From Candidatus Polarisedimenticolaceae bacterium (GTDB lineage: Bacteria; Acidobacteriota; Polarisedimenticolia; Polarisedimenticolales; DASRJG01), in NCBI GenBank assembly GCA_036376135.1, contig DASVAW010000075.1, positions 3,131 through 67,130 of the forward strand: a DNA stretch of 64,000 nucleotides, written 5' to 3'. Shown here piece after piece: positions 36,021 through 44,300 of the stretch (position 1 is the first letter of the stretch; the number at the start of each line of letters is the position of its first letter). A program made the translations under genes and the position numbers. The notes beneath the pieces are model-generated. The model saw only the letters and a list, made by a program, of their open reading frames with translations. It had not been told where the DNA came from and searched no databases.

Positions 36021-37345
36021 CAGCGGCCTCCCGTCAGGCGGGCGATCGCGCGGTCGAAGCGGCGCCGGCGCGCGTCGAGACGGCGTCGGGCCGAGGCGAG
36101 ATCGGCGCGAAGCCCCTTCAGGTCCAGCGGCGCGGTGGAACCGCGGCGGGGGAGGTCCTCGCCGCGGGCGATCGCCTCGGCGACGGCGCGGTAGGCCATG
36201 CGGAACGGCTCGCCGTCGCGCACGCGGGCGTAGGCGGCGTGGGTCGCGTACGTCCCCGCGTCGAGGGCGGCGGCGCAGCGTTCCCGGTGCACGCCCAGGC
36301 GCGCAACGGCGAACGCGACGATCGCCGCCATCGCCTCCGCGTGATCGAGCCCCGTCATCAGGGGCGCCTTGAGCATCTGCAGGTCGCGGTGGTAACCGCT
36401 CGGGAGCTTCCCGGCGATCGCGATCGCCTGCGCGAGCGTCCCGGCGAGGAGGCCCTCGCGAGCCCGGGTGAGCTCGAAGAGATCGGGGTTCTTCTTCTGC
36501 GGCATGATGCTCGAGCCGGTGGCGAGGGTCGGGTCGAGGATCAGGTAGCCGAACTCCTCCGAGGTGAAGAGGATCACGTCCCAGGAGAGTTTCCCGAGGG
36601 TCGAGCCGAGCGCCCACAACGCCGCGAGGGCCAGGGCGTCGTGTTTGCCTCGCGAGGACTGCACCGAGGTGACGTGGCGCTGCACCCCCGCGAACCCGAG
36701 GGCGCGGGCGACCTTCTCGCGGGGGAGCTCGAGGGGGACGCCGTATCCCGCCGCGCTCCCGAGGGGGGATCGGTCGTAGAGGTCGAGGGCGGCGTCGAGG
36801 GCGCGCAGGTCGTCGAGGATCCCTTCGGCGTGCCCCGCCGCCCACAACCCCGTCGTCTGCGGCATGGCGCGCCGCTGGTGGGTATACCCGGGGAACACGA
36901 CGCGGGCATGCCGCCGGGCGAAGGCGGCGAGGGCGTCGGCCGCGTCGAGGGCGGCCGTTTCGACCGCCATCAGGGCGTCCTTCGCGTACAGGCGCAGATC
37001 GACGAGGACCTGGTCGTTGCGCGACCGGCCGGTGTGGATCTTCGCGCCGAGGGGACCGAGCCGCTCGGTGAGGCGCCGCTCGACGGCGGTGTGCACGTCC
37101 TCGTCGCGGGCGGTGACCTTCAGGCGCCCCGCCTCGGCGTCCCTCAGCGCGGCGCGCAGCGCCGCCCGCAGGCGCGCGTGCTCTCCGGGACCTAGGATCC
37201 CGATCGCGCGCAGCCCGTCGGCGTGGGCGAGGGAGCCGACGATGTCCCATCGGAGCAGGCGCGCGTCCCAGGCGCGGTCGTCGGAGGCGGTGTAGGCGGC
37301 GACCTTCGGGTCGAGCCCCTTCCCCTGGACCCAGAGCGTCTTCAT
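36020..37345 (-). CDS. argH: Argininosuccinate lyase
   Basis: Internal ATG (MKTLWVQGKG). The fumarate-lyase signature GSSIMPQKKNP and TGRSRNDQV are present. Confidence 0.9.
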   Translation of the reverse strand: MKTLWVQGKGLDPKVAAYTASDDRAWDARLLRWDIVGSLAHADGLRAIGILGPGEHARLRAALRAALRDAEAGRLKVTARDEDVHTAVERRLTERLGPLGAKIHTGRSRNDQVLVDLRLYAKDALMAVETAALDAADALAAFARRHARVVFPGYTHQRRAMPQTTGLWAAGHAEGILDDLRALDAALDLYDRSPLGSAAGYGVPLELPREKVARALGFAGVQRHVTSVQSSRGKHDALALAALWALGSTLGKLSWDVILFTSEEFGYLILDPTLATGSSIMPQKKNPDLFELTRAREGLLAGTLAQAIAIAGKLPSGYHRDLQMLKAPLMTGLDHAEAMAAIVAFAVARLGVHRERCAAALDAGTYATHAAYARVRDGEPFRMAYRAVAEAIARGEDLPRRGSTAPLDLKGLRADLASARRRLDARRRRFDRAIARLTGGR

Positions 37346-38412
37346 GCGAGGTACCTCGCGGCGATCGCGGCGTAGAGGTCGCGGGCGCGGACGACCTCGT
37401 CGAGGGAGATCTGCTCGTCCACGGTGTGCGAGAGGGTCGAGTCGCCGGGCCCGAGCTTCACCGCGTCGACGTCGCGAAGGAAGACCCAGTCGGAGGCGGT
37501 GGGGGAGACGAACGGCGCGGCGTCGGGAGCGGCGTCGAGGACGAGCGGAAGCAGGCGGGAGCCCTCGGGGGTCTCGCAGGGGAGAAACCGCCGGCTGACG
37601 ACCTCGACCTCGCCGGAGACCTCGGCTCGCACCCGCTCGACGATCTCGTCCGGAGAGTAGGCGGGCGTCGTGCGGACGTCGAGGGTCGCCTCGCACAGGT
37701 CGGGGACGACGTTGGAGGCGGTGCCCGCCGAAAGACGCGTCACGTTGAGCGAGGTGAAGCCGAGGACGTCGTGCTCGCGCCCGAATCGCAGCGCCGCGAC
37801 CCGCGCGATCTCGGCGGCGGCCTTGTGGATGGCGTTCTCGGCGGCGCCGGCGAGCATCGAGGACCAGCCGGCGTGCGCCGCGCGTCCGCGCCAGCGCAGC
37901 CGCAGGATCAGAAGCCCTCGTTGCGCGATGCACGGGCGCAGCGAGGTGGGCTCGCCCACGATCGCGGCATCGGGGCGGCCGAGACGCTCGACGGCGGCGG
38001 GCATCGTCGTTCGGGCCGTCTCCTCCCCGAAGGTGAAGACGGCGACGAGCCGGCCGCGCGCGGGCCTCCCGACGGTTGCAACCGCCGAGGCCATCGCGGC
38101 CACGCAGCCTTTCGCGTCGGAGGCCCCGCGGCCGCGCAGGACGCCGCCCTCGATCCGTCCCTCGAACGGGTCGATCCCCCATCCCTCGCCGGGCGGGACG
38201 GTGTCGAGGTGGGAGGCGAGCCACAACGTCGGGCCGGGGGCGCTCCCCTCGGCCTCGAGGCGCACCCCCGCGTCGTCGAGGGTCGTCCTCAGGCCGAGCC
38301 CGCGCCCCCACCCCGCGAGGCGCTCGGCGACCGCCCCCTCCTCCCCCGAGACGCTCGGCGTCCGGACGAGGTCGACCAGCAGCGGCGCGGGATCAGGAGA
38401 GCTCGTGCTCAC
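37342..38412 (-). CDS. M20-family deacylase (ArgE-like acetylornithine/acetylcitrulline deacetylase)
   Basis: 356-aa track ORF with motifs SHLDTVP, GRGASDAKG and FTFGEET. It is embedded in the arg operon with 4-nt and 20-nt overlaps. Confidence 0.8.
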   Translation of the reverse strand: MSTSSPDPAPLLVDLVRTPSVSGEEGAVAERLAGWGRGLGLRTTLDDAGVRLEAEGSAPGPTLWLASHLDTVPPGEGWGIDPFEGRIEGGVLRGRGASDAKGCVAAMASAVATVGRPARGRLVAVFTFGEETARTTMPAAVERLGRPDAAIVGEPTSLRPCIAQRGLLILRLRWRGRAAHAGWSSMLAGAAENAIHKAAAEIARVAALRFGREHDVLGFTSLNVTRLSAGTASNVVPDLCEATLDVRTTPAYSPDEIVERVRAEVSGEVEVVSRRFLPCETPEGSRLLPLVLDAAPDAAPFVSPTASDWVFLRDVDAVKLGPGDSTLSHTVDEQISLDEVVRARDLYAAIAARYLA

Positions 38413-39313
38413 GGTAGTCCGTCATCTCCCTGCGATCGACGATCATGGTCCCGGAACCCGCGCCGGTGAAGACCTCGACCAGCAGCGCGTCGGGGGCGCG
38501 TCCGTCGACGATGTGCGTCCGGCGGACGCCGTTCCGGACCGCGCGCAGGCAAGCCTCGACCTTCGGGCGCATCCCGCCGGTGATCGCCCCCGAGGCGAGC
38601 AGAGGCGCGAGGTCCTCGACGTCGGCGAACGGGATCAGGGAGTCGGGGTCGTTCACGTCGCGCAGGAGTCCCGGGGCGCCGGTCAGGAAGATCAGCTTCT
38701 TGGCCTTCAGGTGCGAGGCGAACGCCTCGGCGATCGTGTCGGCGTTGACGTTGAGCGGGGCGCCGTCGGGGCCCGCGGCGAGGGAGGCGACGACGGGAAC
38801 GTAGCGCTGGTCGAGCAGGGTCTCGATCAGGCGCGCGTCGACCTTCTCGATGTCGCCGACGTGGCCGTAGTCGACCGTGCGCGTCTCGCCGGAGTCGAGG
38901 CGGACCTCGACGGGCGGGCGGCGCCTGGCGGTGAGAAGCCCCCCATCGACTCCCGACAGCCCGACGCCGCGCACGCCGTGCCGCTGCAGCGCCGAGAGGA
39001 CGTCGAGGTTGAGCGATCCGCCGTAGACCATCTTGGCGATCTCGAGCTGCTCGGGGGTCGTCACGCGCCGGCCGGCGACCATCTCGGGCTCGTGTCCGAG
39101 ACGGCGCGAGAGGGCCGAGGCCTGCGGGCCGCCGCCGTGGACGAGCACGATCCGGATCGACAGCGATTCGAGCAGGGCCGCCTGCACGGCGACCTGGTCG
39201 AGGGCCCGCGCGTTCGCGAGGATCTCCCCTCCGAGCTTCACGACGAAGACCTGGTCGCGGTACATCCGCGTGTAAGTCAGGGCGTTTTTCAGTCCTCGCA
39301 CCGTCTCGGTCAT
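38393..39313 (-). CDS. argB: Acetylglutamate kinase
   Basis: Internal ATG (MTETVRGLKNA). Motifs are VVKLGGE, VLVHGGGPQ and NVNADT. Confidence 0.9.
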   Translation of the reverse strand: MTETVRGLKNALTYTRMYRDQVFVVKLGGEILANARALDQVAVQAALLESLSIRIVLVHGGGPQASALSRRLGHEPEMVAGRRVTTPEQLEIAKMVYGGSLNLDVLSALQRHGVRGVGLSGVDGGLLTARRRPPVEVRLDSGETRTVDYGHVGDIEKVDARLIETLLDQRYVPVVASLAAGPDGAPLNVNADTIAEAFASHLKAKKLIFLTGAPGLLRDVNDPDSLIPFADVEDLAPLLASGAITGGMRPKVEACLRAVRNGVRRTHIVDGRAPDALLVEVFTGAGSGTMIVDRREMTDYREHELS

Positions 39314-40329
39314 GCGTTCTCTCCCAGGATGCGGCGCAGCAGGGCGCGCTGCGCGTGAAGCCGGTTCTCCGCCTCGTCCACGACGGCGGACCAGGGACCG
39401 TCGAGCACGCCGTGCGAGGCCTCGACCCCGCGACGGACCGGAAGGCAGTGCAGGAAGATCCCGTTCCCGCCGCGCGTCGCCCCCATGCGCCTCTCGTCGG
39501 CGATCCAGGAGCGTTTCCCGGAGCGCAGGGTCGCCTCGGCCTCGCGGTCGCCGAAGGCCGACAACGCCCCCCAGCTCTTCGCGTAGACGACGTCGGCGCC
39601 TTCGACCGCGGCGTCGAGATCGTGGGTCACCTCGACGCGGCCGCCGTTGCGCGACGCGACCTCCCCGACGGCGGCGAGGTCCTCCGGGTCGAGGTTGTAC
39701 CCCGGAGGGTGTGCGATCGTGACGTTCATCCCGAGCACCGCCCCCGCGAGAGCCGCCGAGTTGGGAACCGCGACCGGAAGCGGTTTCGGGTGCCACGCCC
39801 ACATCAGGACGAATTTCTTCTCCCTCGCGTCGCGACCGAGGCGCTCACGGATGGTCATCGCGTCGGCGAGCCCCTGGCAGGGATGGCGGCGCGCCGACTC
39901 GAGGTTGATCACCGGGACCCCCGCGTGCTCGGCGAAGCCGTGGAGGACGGCGTCCTGCCGCGCCTCCGCCCAGGTCGCCTCCTTCGGGAACGAACGGACC
40001 GCGAGGGCGTCGGCGTACCGGCCGAGAACCCGCGCGGCGTCGATCAGGTGCTCGACGTTCTCGCCGTCCATGACGACGCCGCGGCGCGTCTCGATCGGCC
40101 ACGACCCCCTCCCGGGCTCGAGGACGACGCAGCGTCCTCCCTCGCGCGCCATCGCGACCTCCATCGAGGTCCGCGTCCGCAGCGACGGGTCGAAGAAGAC
40201 GGCGGCGAGGATCTTCCCGTCGCAGACCGCCCTCGTCCTCGGTGCCGCCTTGAGGGCGATCGCCTCGTCGAGGAGCGAGACGACCTCCCGGTCGCTCCAG
40301 TCATCGCCGGCGAGGAAATGCCTCAGCAC
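39310..40329 (-). CDS. argF: Acyl-ornithine carbamoyltransferase-type transcarbamylase (ArgF-prime-like)
   Basis: GTG at 40329 overlaps the argC stop. Carbamoyl-phosphate motifs SLRTRTS, HPCQ and HCLP are present. The canonical OTCase DxWxSMG ornithine loop is replaced by VVYAKSWG. Confidence 0.8.
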   Translation of the reverse strand: MLRHFLAGDDWSDREVVSLLDEAIALKAAPRTRAVCDGKILAAVFFDPSLRTRTSMEVAMAREGGRCVVLEPGRGSWPIETRRGVVMDGENVEHLIDAARVLGRYADALAVRSFPKEATWAEARQDAVLHGFAEHAGVPVINLESARRHPCQGLADAMTIRERLGRDAREKKFVLMWAWHPKPLPVAVPNSAALAGAVLGMNVTIAHPPGYNLDPEDLAAVGEVASRNGGRVEVTHDLDAAVEGADVVYAKSWGALSAFGDREAEATLRSGKRSWIADERRMGATRGGNGIFLHCLPVRRGVEASHGVLDGPWSAVVDEAENRLHAQRALLRRILGENA

Positions 40330-41288
40330 GGGTACGTCCCGGGGAAACCGAGCCCCTCGGTCTCCGGAAAGCCCAGCGCGAGGTTCATCGCCTGGATCGC
40401 CTGGCCGGCGGCCCCCTTCACGAGGTTGTCGATCACGCACGTCACGATCACCTCGCGCCCCCCGTCGCGCGCGACCGCGTGGACGTGGGCGAAGTTCGTC
40501 CCGACGACCGCGGACAGCTCCGGCGGCGCGTCGGTCACGCGCACGAACGGCCGTCCCGCGTAGGCCTCGCGGTAGCGGGCGAGGGGATCGGCGAGCGGCT
40601 CGGCGACGCGCGCCCGCACGGTCGCGTGGATCCCGCGCACGAACGGCCCCGAGTGGGGGAGGAGCACGCAGGAGGAGGGCCGGCCCGCCCAGCGGGACAT
40701 CTGCGCGGCGATCTCGGCCTCGTGACGGTGACCCTCGAGGCCGTAGGCGAAGAGGTTGTGCGCGCGCACGGGATGGTGCGTCGTGCGCCTGGGCGACGCC
40801 CCCGATCCCGAGGACCCCGTGATCGCGTAGCAGGCCGGGATCTCGGCGAGGTTCCCGACGAGGGGATAGACGGCGAGCTGGGTCGCGGTGGCGAAACACC
40901 CGGGCGCGGCGATCCGGCGCGCCCCGGGAAGCGCGAGCCCCGGCGGATCGCACAAGGCGTAGACCCACGCGGGATCGAGTCGGAAATCCTGCGCGAGATC
41001 GACGACGACGGGATCGGATCCCGCGAGCAGCTCGGGGACCTCCTTCGTCGACTCGCCGTGACCGAGCGCGAAGAAGACGACGTCGGCCGCGTCGACGCGC
41101 TCGACGAAGACCCCCTCGGGGACGTGCGCGAGGGCGGGGTGCACCTCGGCCAGCCGTTTCCCCGGCTGCGAGCGCGAGACGGCGGCGATCGTCGCGACGC
41201 GCGGATGCTGGTGGAGCAGGCGCAGGGTCTCGCCGCCGACGTACCCCGCCGCGCCGACCACGGCGACCCGCAGGTCACGCCCGGGCAT
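40323..41288 (-). CDS. argC: N-acetyl-gamma-glutamyl-phosphate reductase
   Basis: 321-aa track ORF with GAAGYVGGE and the catalytic-Cys context APGCFATA. Confidence 0.9.
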   Translation of the reverse strand: MPGRDLRVAVVGAAGYVGGETLRLLHQHPRVATIAAVSRSQPGKRLAEVHPALAHVPEGVFVERVDAADVVFFALGHGESTKEVPELLAGSDPVVVDLAQDFRLDPAWVYALCDPPGLALPGARRIAAPGCFATATQLAVYPLVGNLAEIPACYAITGSSGSGASPRRTTHHPVRAHNLFAYGLEGHRHEAEIAAQMSRWAGRPSSCVLLPHSGPFVRGIHATVRARVAEPLADPLARYREAYAGRPFVRVTDAPPELSAVVGTNFAHVHAVARDGGREVIVTCVIDNLVKGAAGQAIQAMNLALGFPETEGLGFPGTYPC

Positions 41289-42330
41289 GGAGCGCCTCCA
41301 GGACCTTCGCGACGAGCCCCTCGGCGTCGCGACGCGCGTTGTGCGCGGCGACCCCGAGCTGCTCGCGGACGAAGCGGCACCCGACCTCGTTGTCGGTCAC
41401 CGCCCCCGCAACGACCGTGGGGACGAGCCCGTAGCGGTCGGCGAGGAGGGTCCTCGCCCCCCACGCCGCGACCTGGTCGGGGGCGCAGACGACGAGCGCG
41501 CCCGTCGTCCCCATCAGCCGCGCGTCGGCGAGCAGGCGCTGGACCCCATATTCGCCGAGGATGCCGTCCCCCAGCTCCGCGACCACGACGTCGGCGGAGG
41601 TGCGATCGAGGTGGTTGAGAAGGCCGTAAGCCGCCTCGAGGACCTCCTCGTCCTTGGTGGAGACGATCCCGCAGTCGTTGAAGGAGACCCCCTCGACGGC
41701 TCCGGCGTCGGTCATCGAGAGCACGTCGCGGCGGAGCGACACGCCGGTGAGCTTCACGCCGGCGACGCGGAGCCCCGCGCGCGTGAGCCCGCGCACGATC
41801 GCGGTGCCGGCGACGGTCTTGCCGGCGTCCATGCACGTCCCGGCCACGAAGACCACCGGAGCGTCGAGCTTCAGATCCGCCGCCATGGGGATCGCCCGGG
41901 TGCGGATCGTCGCGGGGCGGCCGAGCCGGTCCCCGCCGGGAGGGAAGTCGAGAATCGCCCCGAGGACCTCGGCCTCGTACGGCGGGCCGATCTCGGGGTT
42001 GATCGAGGTGCACCGGCCGAGGACGCCGCCCAGGTTGAGCACGTGCACGGTGTCTCCGGGGCGCAGCGCCTCGGGGACGTCCCCCGCGTACCCGCGCAGC
42101 GCGCGCCGCGAGCCGAGCACGCCGGCGAGCACGTCTCCGTCGCGCAGCGGGACCATGCGCCCGTGCACGTCCTCGACCTGGTTGTAGACGGGCTTGTGGC
42201 CGCGGATCCGCACGGCGAGGACGTATCCCTCGCGGCAGACGATCTCCGGGCCCACGACCACCTCGCGCTCGAGGGCCGCGTTCCGGGTCGCCGAGGCGAT
42301 CCGGTCGAGTCGGACGCGCCGCGCCGTCAC
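41275..42330 (-). CDS. Uncharacterised protein: beta-rich N-domain plus DTBS/CobQ-like P-loop domain
   Basis: GTG at 42330 overlaps the argG stop (GTGA), and the 3' end overlaps argC by 14 nt. Mid-protein motif VVFVAGTCMDAGKTVAGTAIVRGLTRAGLRVAGVKLTGV (nt 41815-41841 encode GTCMDAGKT). It resembles the GTDTxVGKT...KP loop of dethiobiotin-synthetase-like NTPases. Confidence 0.75.
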   Translation of the reverse strand: MTARRVRLDRIASATRNAALEREVVVGPEIVCREGYVLAVRIRGHKPVYNQVEDVHGRMVPLRDGDVLAGVLGSRRALRGYAGDVPEALRPGDTVHVLNLGGVLGRCTSINPEIGPPYEAEVLGAILDFPPGGDRLGRPATIRTRAIPMAADLKLDAPVVFVAGTCMDAGKTVAGTAIVRGLTRAGLRVAGVKLTGVSLRRDVLSMTDAGAVEGVSFNDCGIVSTKDEEVLEAAYGLLNHLDRTSADVVVAELGDGILGEYGVQRLLADARLMGTTGALVVCAPDQVAAWGARTLLADRYGLVPTVVAGAVTDNEVGCRFVREQLGVAAHNARRDAEGLVAKVLEALHARA

Positions 42331-43532
42331 CACGGCCGCTTCTCCTCCTGCGCGGTCGCGAGCATCGAGGGGATCGCGGCGATCTTCGCGAACGCCTTCG
42401 CGTCCTCGCCGGTCCAGAGGGAGGGGAGCTCGCCGTAACGCCCCGCGGCGTCGCGCAGGAGCGCGTGGGGGCTGCGCACCCCGGTGACCTGGAAACGACC
42501 GGCCTCCAGGCGCACGCGCGTCTCGCCGGCGACGTGGCGCTGGGACGAGAGCATCATCGCCTCGATGTCGCGCATGACGGGATCGAGGTGCTGCCCCTCG
42601 TGGAGGCGCTCGCCGTAGAAACGGCCGAGGTGATCCTTCCAGAACAGCTGCCACCGGGTCAGGACCAGCTTCTCGAGCTCGCGGTGGGCGGCGATGAGCA
42701 CGAGGGGTGCTCCGGCCTCGAAGGCGACGCGCCCCTTGATGCCGAGCACCGTCTCCCCGAGGTGGATCCCGCGGCCGAGGGCGTAGGCGCGAGCGATCTC
42801 ACCGACCGCCTCGATCGCCTCGAACCCGGAGATCGGCGTCCCGTCGATGGAGACCGGGAGCCCCCCGACCCAGCCGATCACGAGATCGCGGGCCTCGGGG
42901 GCGGGGGAGGTCGGTCCCCACGCGTCCTCGGGTGGTGCGGCCCAGGGATCGTGCGTCCAGGAGCCTCCGTAGGTCGTCCCCCAGAGGCCGCGATTCACCG
43001 AGTAACGGGCGGATCCCTCGGGGACCGGGAGGCGGCGCTCGCGCATCCACGCCGTCGCCTGCTCGCGGGTGATCGTGTGGTCGCGGATCGGCGCCAGGAT
43101 CGTCGTTTCGGGGAGGAGGACGCGCAGGACCACGTCGAAGCGGATCTGGTCGTTCCCCGCCCCCGTCGAGCCGTGGGCGACCGCGTCGGCGCCGATCTCC
43201 CTCGCGACGCGGGCGACCTCGATCGCCTGGCGCGTGCGCTCGGCGCCGACGCACATCGGGTAGACCTCGCCGCGCAGGACGTTTCCGCGGATCAGCCACG
43301 CGACGTGGTGGTCGTAGACCGCCCGGCGTGCGTCGATCTCGACGTGGCGGGCGGCGCCGAGCGCCTTGGACTGGGCGGCGACCTGATCGAGGGCGGCGCG
43401 GTCGGCGCCGCCGGTGTTCACGAAGACGGTGACGACCTCCGCCCCGAGCGTCTCCTCGAGCCAGGGGACGCAGAACGAGGTGTCGAGCCCACCCGAGAAC
43501 GCGAGAACGACCCGCACCGTCGGACCTCCCAT
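42327..43532 (-). CDS. argG: Argininosuccinate synthase
   Basis: 401-aa track ORF with AFSGGLDTS and AHGSTGAGNDQIRF. Confidence 0.9.
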   Translation of the reverse strand: MGGPTVRVVLAFSGGLDTSFCVPWLEETLGAEVVTVFVNTGGADRAALDQVAAQSKALGAARHVEIDARRAVYDHHVAWLIRGNVLRGEVYPMCVGAERTRQAIEVARVAREIGADAVAHGSTGAGNDQIRFDVVLRVLLPETTILAPIRDHTITREQATAWMRERRLPVPEGSARYSVNRGLWGTTYGGSWTHDPWAAPPEDAWGPTSPAPEARDLVIGWVGGLPVSIDGTPISGFEAIEAVGEIARAYALGRGIHLGETVLGIKGRVAFEAGAPLVLIAAHRELEKLVLTRWQLFWKDHLGRFYGERLHEGQHLDPVMRDIEAMMLSSQRHVAGETRVRLEAGRFQVTGVRSPHALLRDAAGRYGELPSLWTGEDAKAFAKIAAIPSMLATAQEEKRPW

Positions 43533-43548
43533 GAATAGAAAAAGAAAG

Positions 43549-43581
43549 ATGCATGATTATGCATCTCGGGGAACACGTCAA
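43549..43581 (-). promoter_or_regulatory. arg operon promoter (TTGACG-17-AATCAT) overlapped by an ARG-box-like palindrome ATGCATGATTATGCAT
   Basis: The -35 is at 43576-43581 and the -10 at 43553-43558 (minus strand). The palindrome at 43549-43564 fits TGnAT-N4-ATnCA, the core of the ArgR operator consensus TGAAT-wwww-ATTCA. A TGAAT half site lies at 43532-43536. The region is an AT-rich island. Confidence 0.5.
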
Positions 43582-43582
43582 G

Positions 43583-43714
43583 CGCGGACGAGGAGAATTC
43601 CGACGGGTACGTGAGGATTCCATCGCTCCGGGCGGGCGACGGCGCCGGGGTCCGGTCTCCGTCGCGGAGCGCGGCTCGACAACCAGCGACCCGTCGAAAT
43701 TCTCCCCGTCCGCG
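43583..43714. repeat. 26-bp inverted repeat (24/26 match) enclosing an 80-nt GC-rich spacer with nested helices
   Basis: Left arm cgcggacgaggagaattccgacgggt (43583-43608); right arm acccgtcgaaattctccccgtccgcg (43689-43714). Inner complementary pairs are 43624-30/43665-71 and 43637-42/43659-64. Confidence 0.85.
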
Positions 43715-43720
43715 AGGCGG

Positions 43721-44296
43721 CTAGGAGCCCTCCACCGGCAGATCGAACCCCTCGCTCGGCGGCGCCTGCTCCCCGGGGGTGTCCAGGAACTCGACGGAGT
43801 CGAGCATCGACCGGACCTCCCCGAGGCGCTCGGGGCCGTGGTCGGGGCGCAGCGCCATCCGGAAGACGTAGAGGTAGTTCTGGTGGCGCACGAGCCAGAA
43901 GCGAAGGTCCCCCGGTCCGTGCTCGGGGCGCGTGCGGACGACGTAGCGCAGCTCGCGCGCGGGGAGCCCTCCCACGGTCGACAGGTGCTCGGTGCGCCGG
44001 TCGTCGACGAGGTAGTCGTGTTTCGCCCAGGCGTCGAGCTGAGGGTACAGGCTCTGCGGCAGACCGCGCACGAAGTCCTTCTGGGCATCGACGAGGCTGT
44101 GCACCCGGATCGTGATGAAGCTGTCGTCGAGGACGCAGCGGAGGTTCGCGTCGAGCGGGAGCCAGTTCGGGTCGGCGACGTATTTGAGCCGGCGGACCTC
44201 GTCCACGACGGTGCGCTGCTCGAGGGTGAGCCGGACGGGTTGCGGGCCGGAGCAGGCGACGATCGCGAGGGCGGCGGCGACGATCCAGCGCTTCAT
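43721..44296 (-). CDS. Hypothetical lipoprotein
   Basis: Internal ATG (MKRWIVAAALAIVACSG, lipobox IVAC). It lies 4 nt downstream of the nucleotidyltransferase gene. Confidence 0.65.
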   Translation of the reverse strand: MKRWIVAAALAIVACSGPQPVRLTLEQRTVVDEVRRLKYVADPNWLPLDANLRCVLDDSFITIRVHSLVDAQKDFVRGLPQSLYPQLDAWAKHDYLVDDRRTEHLSTVGGLPARELRYVVRTRPEHGPGDLRFWLVRHQNYLYVFRMALRPDHGPERLGEVRSMLDSVEFLDTPGEQAPPSEGFDLPVEGS

Positions 44297-44300
44297 GCGC

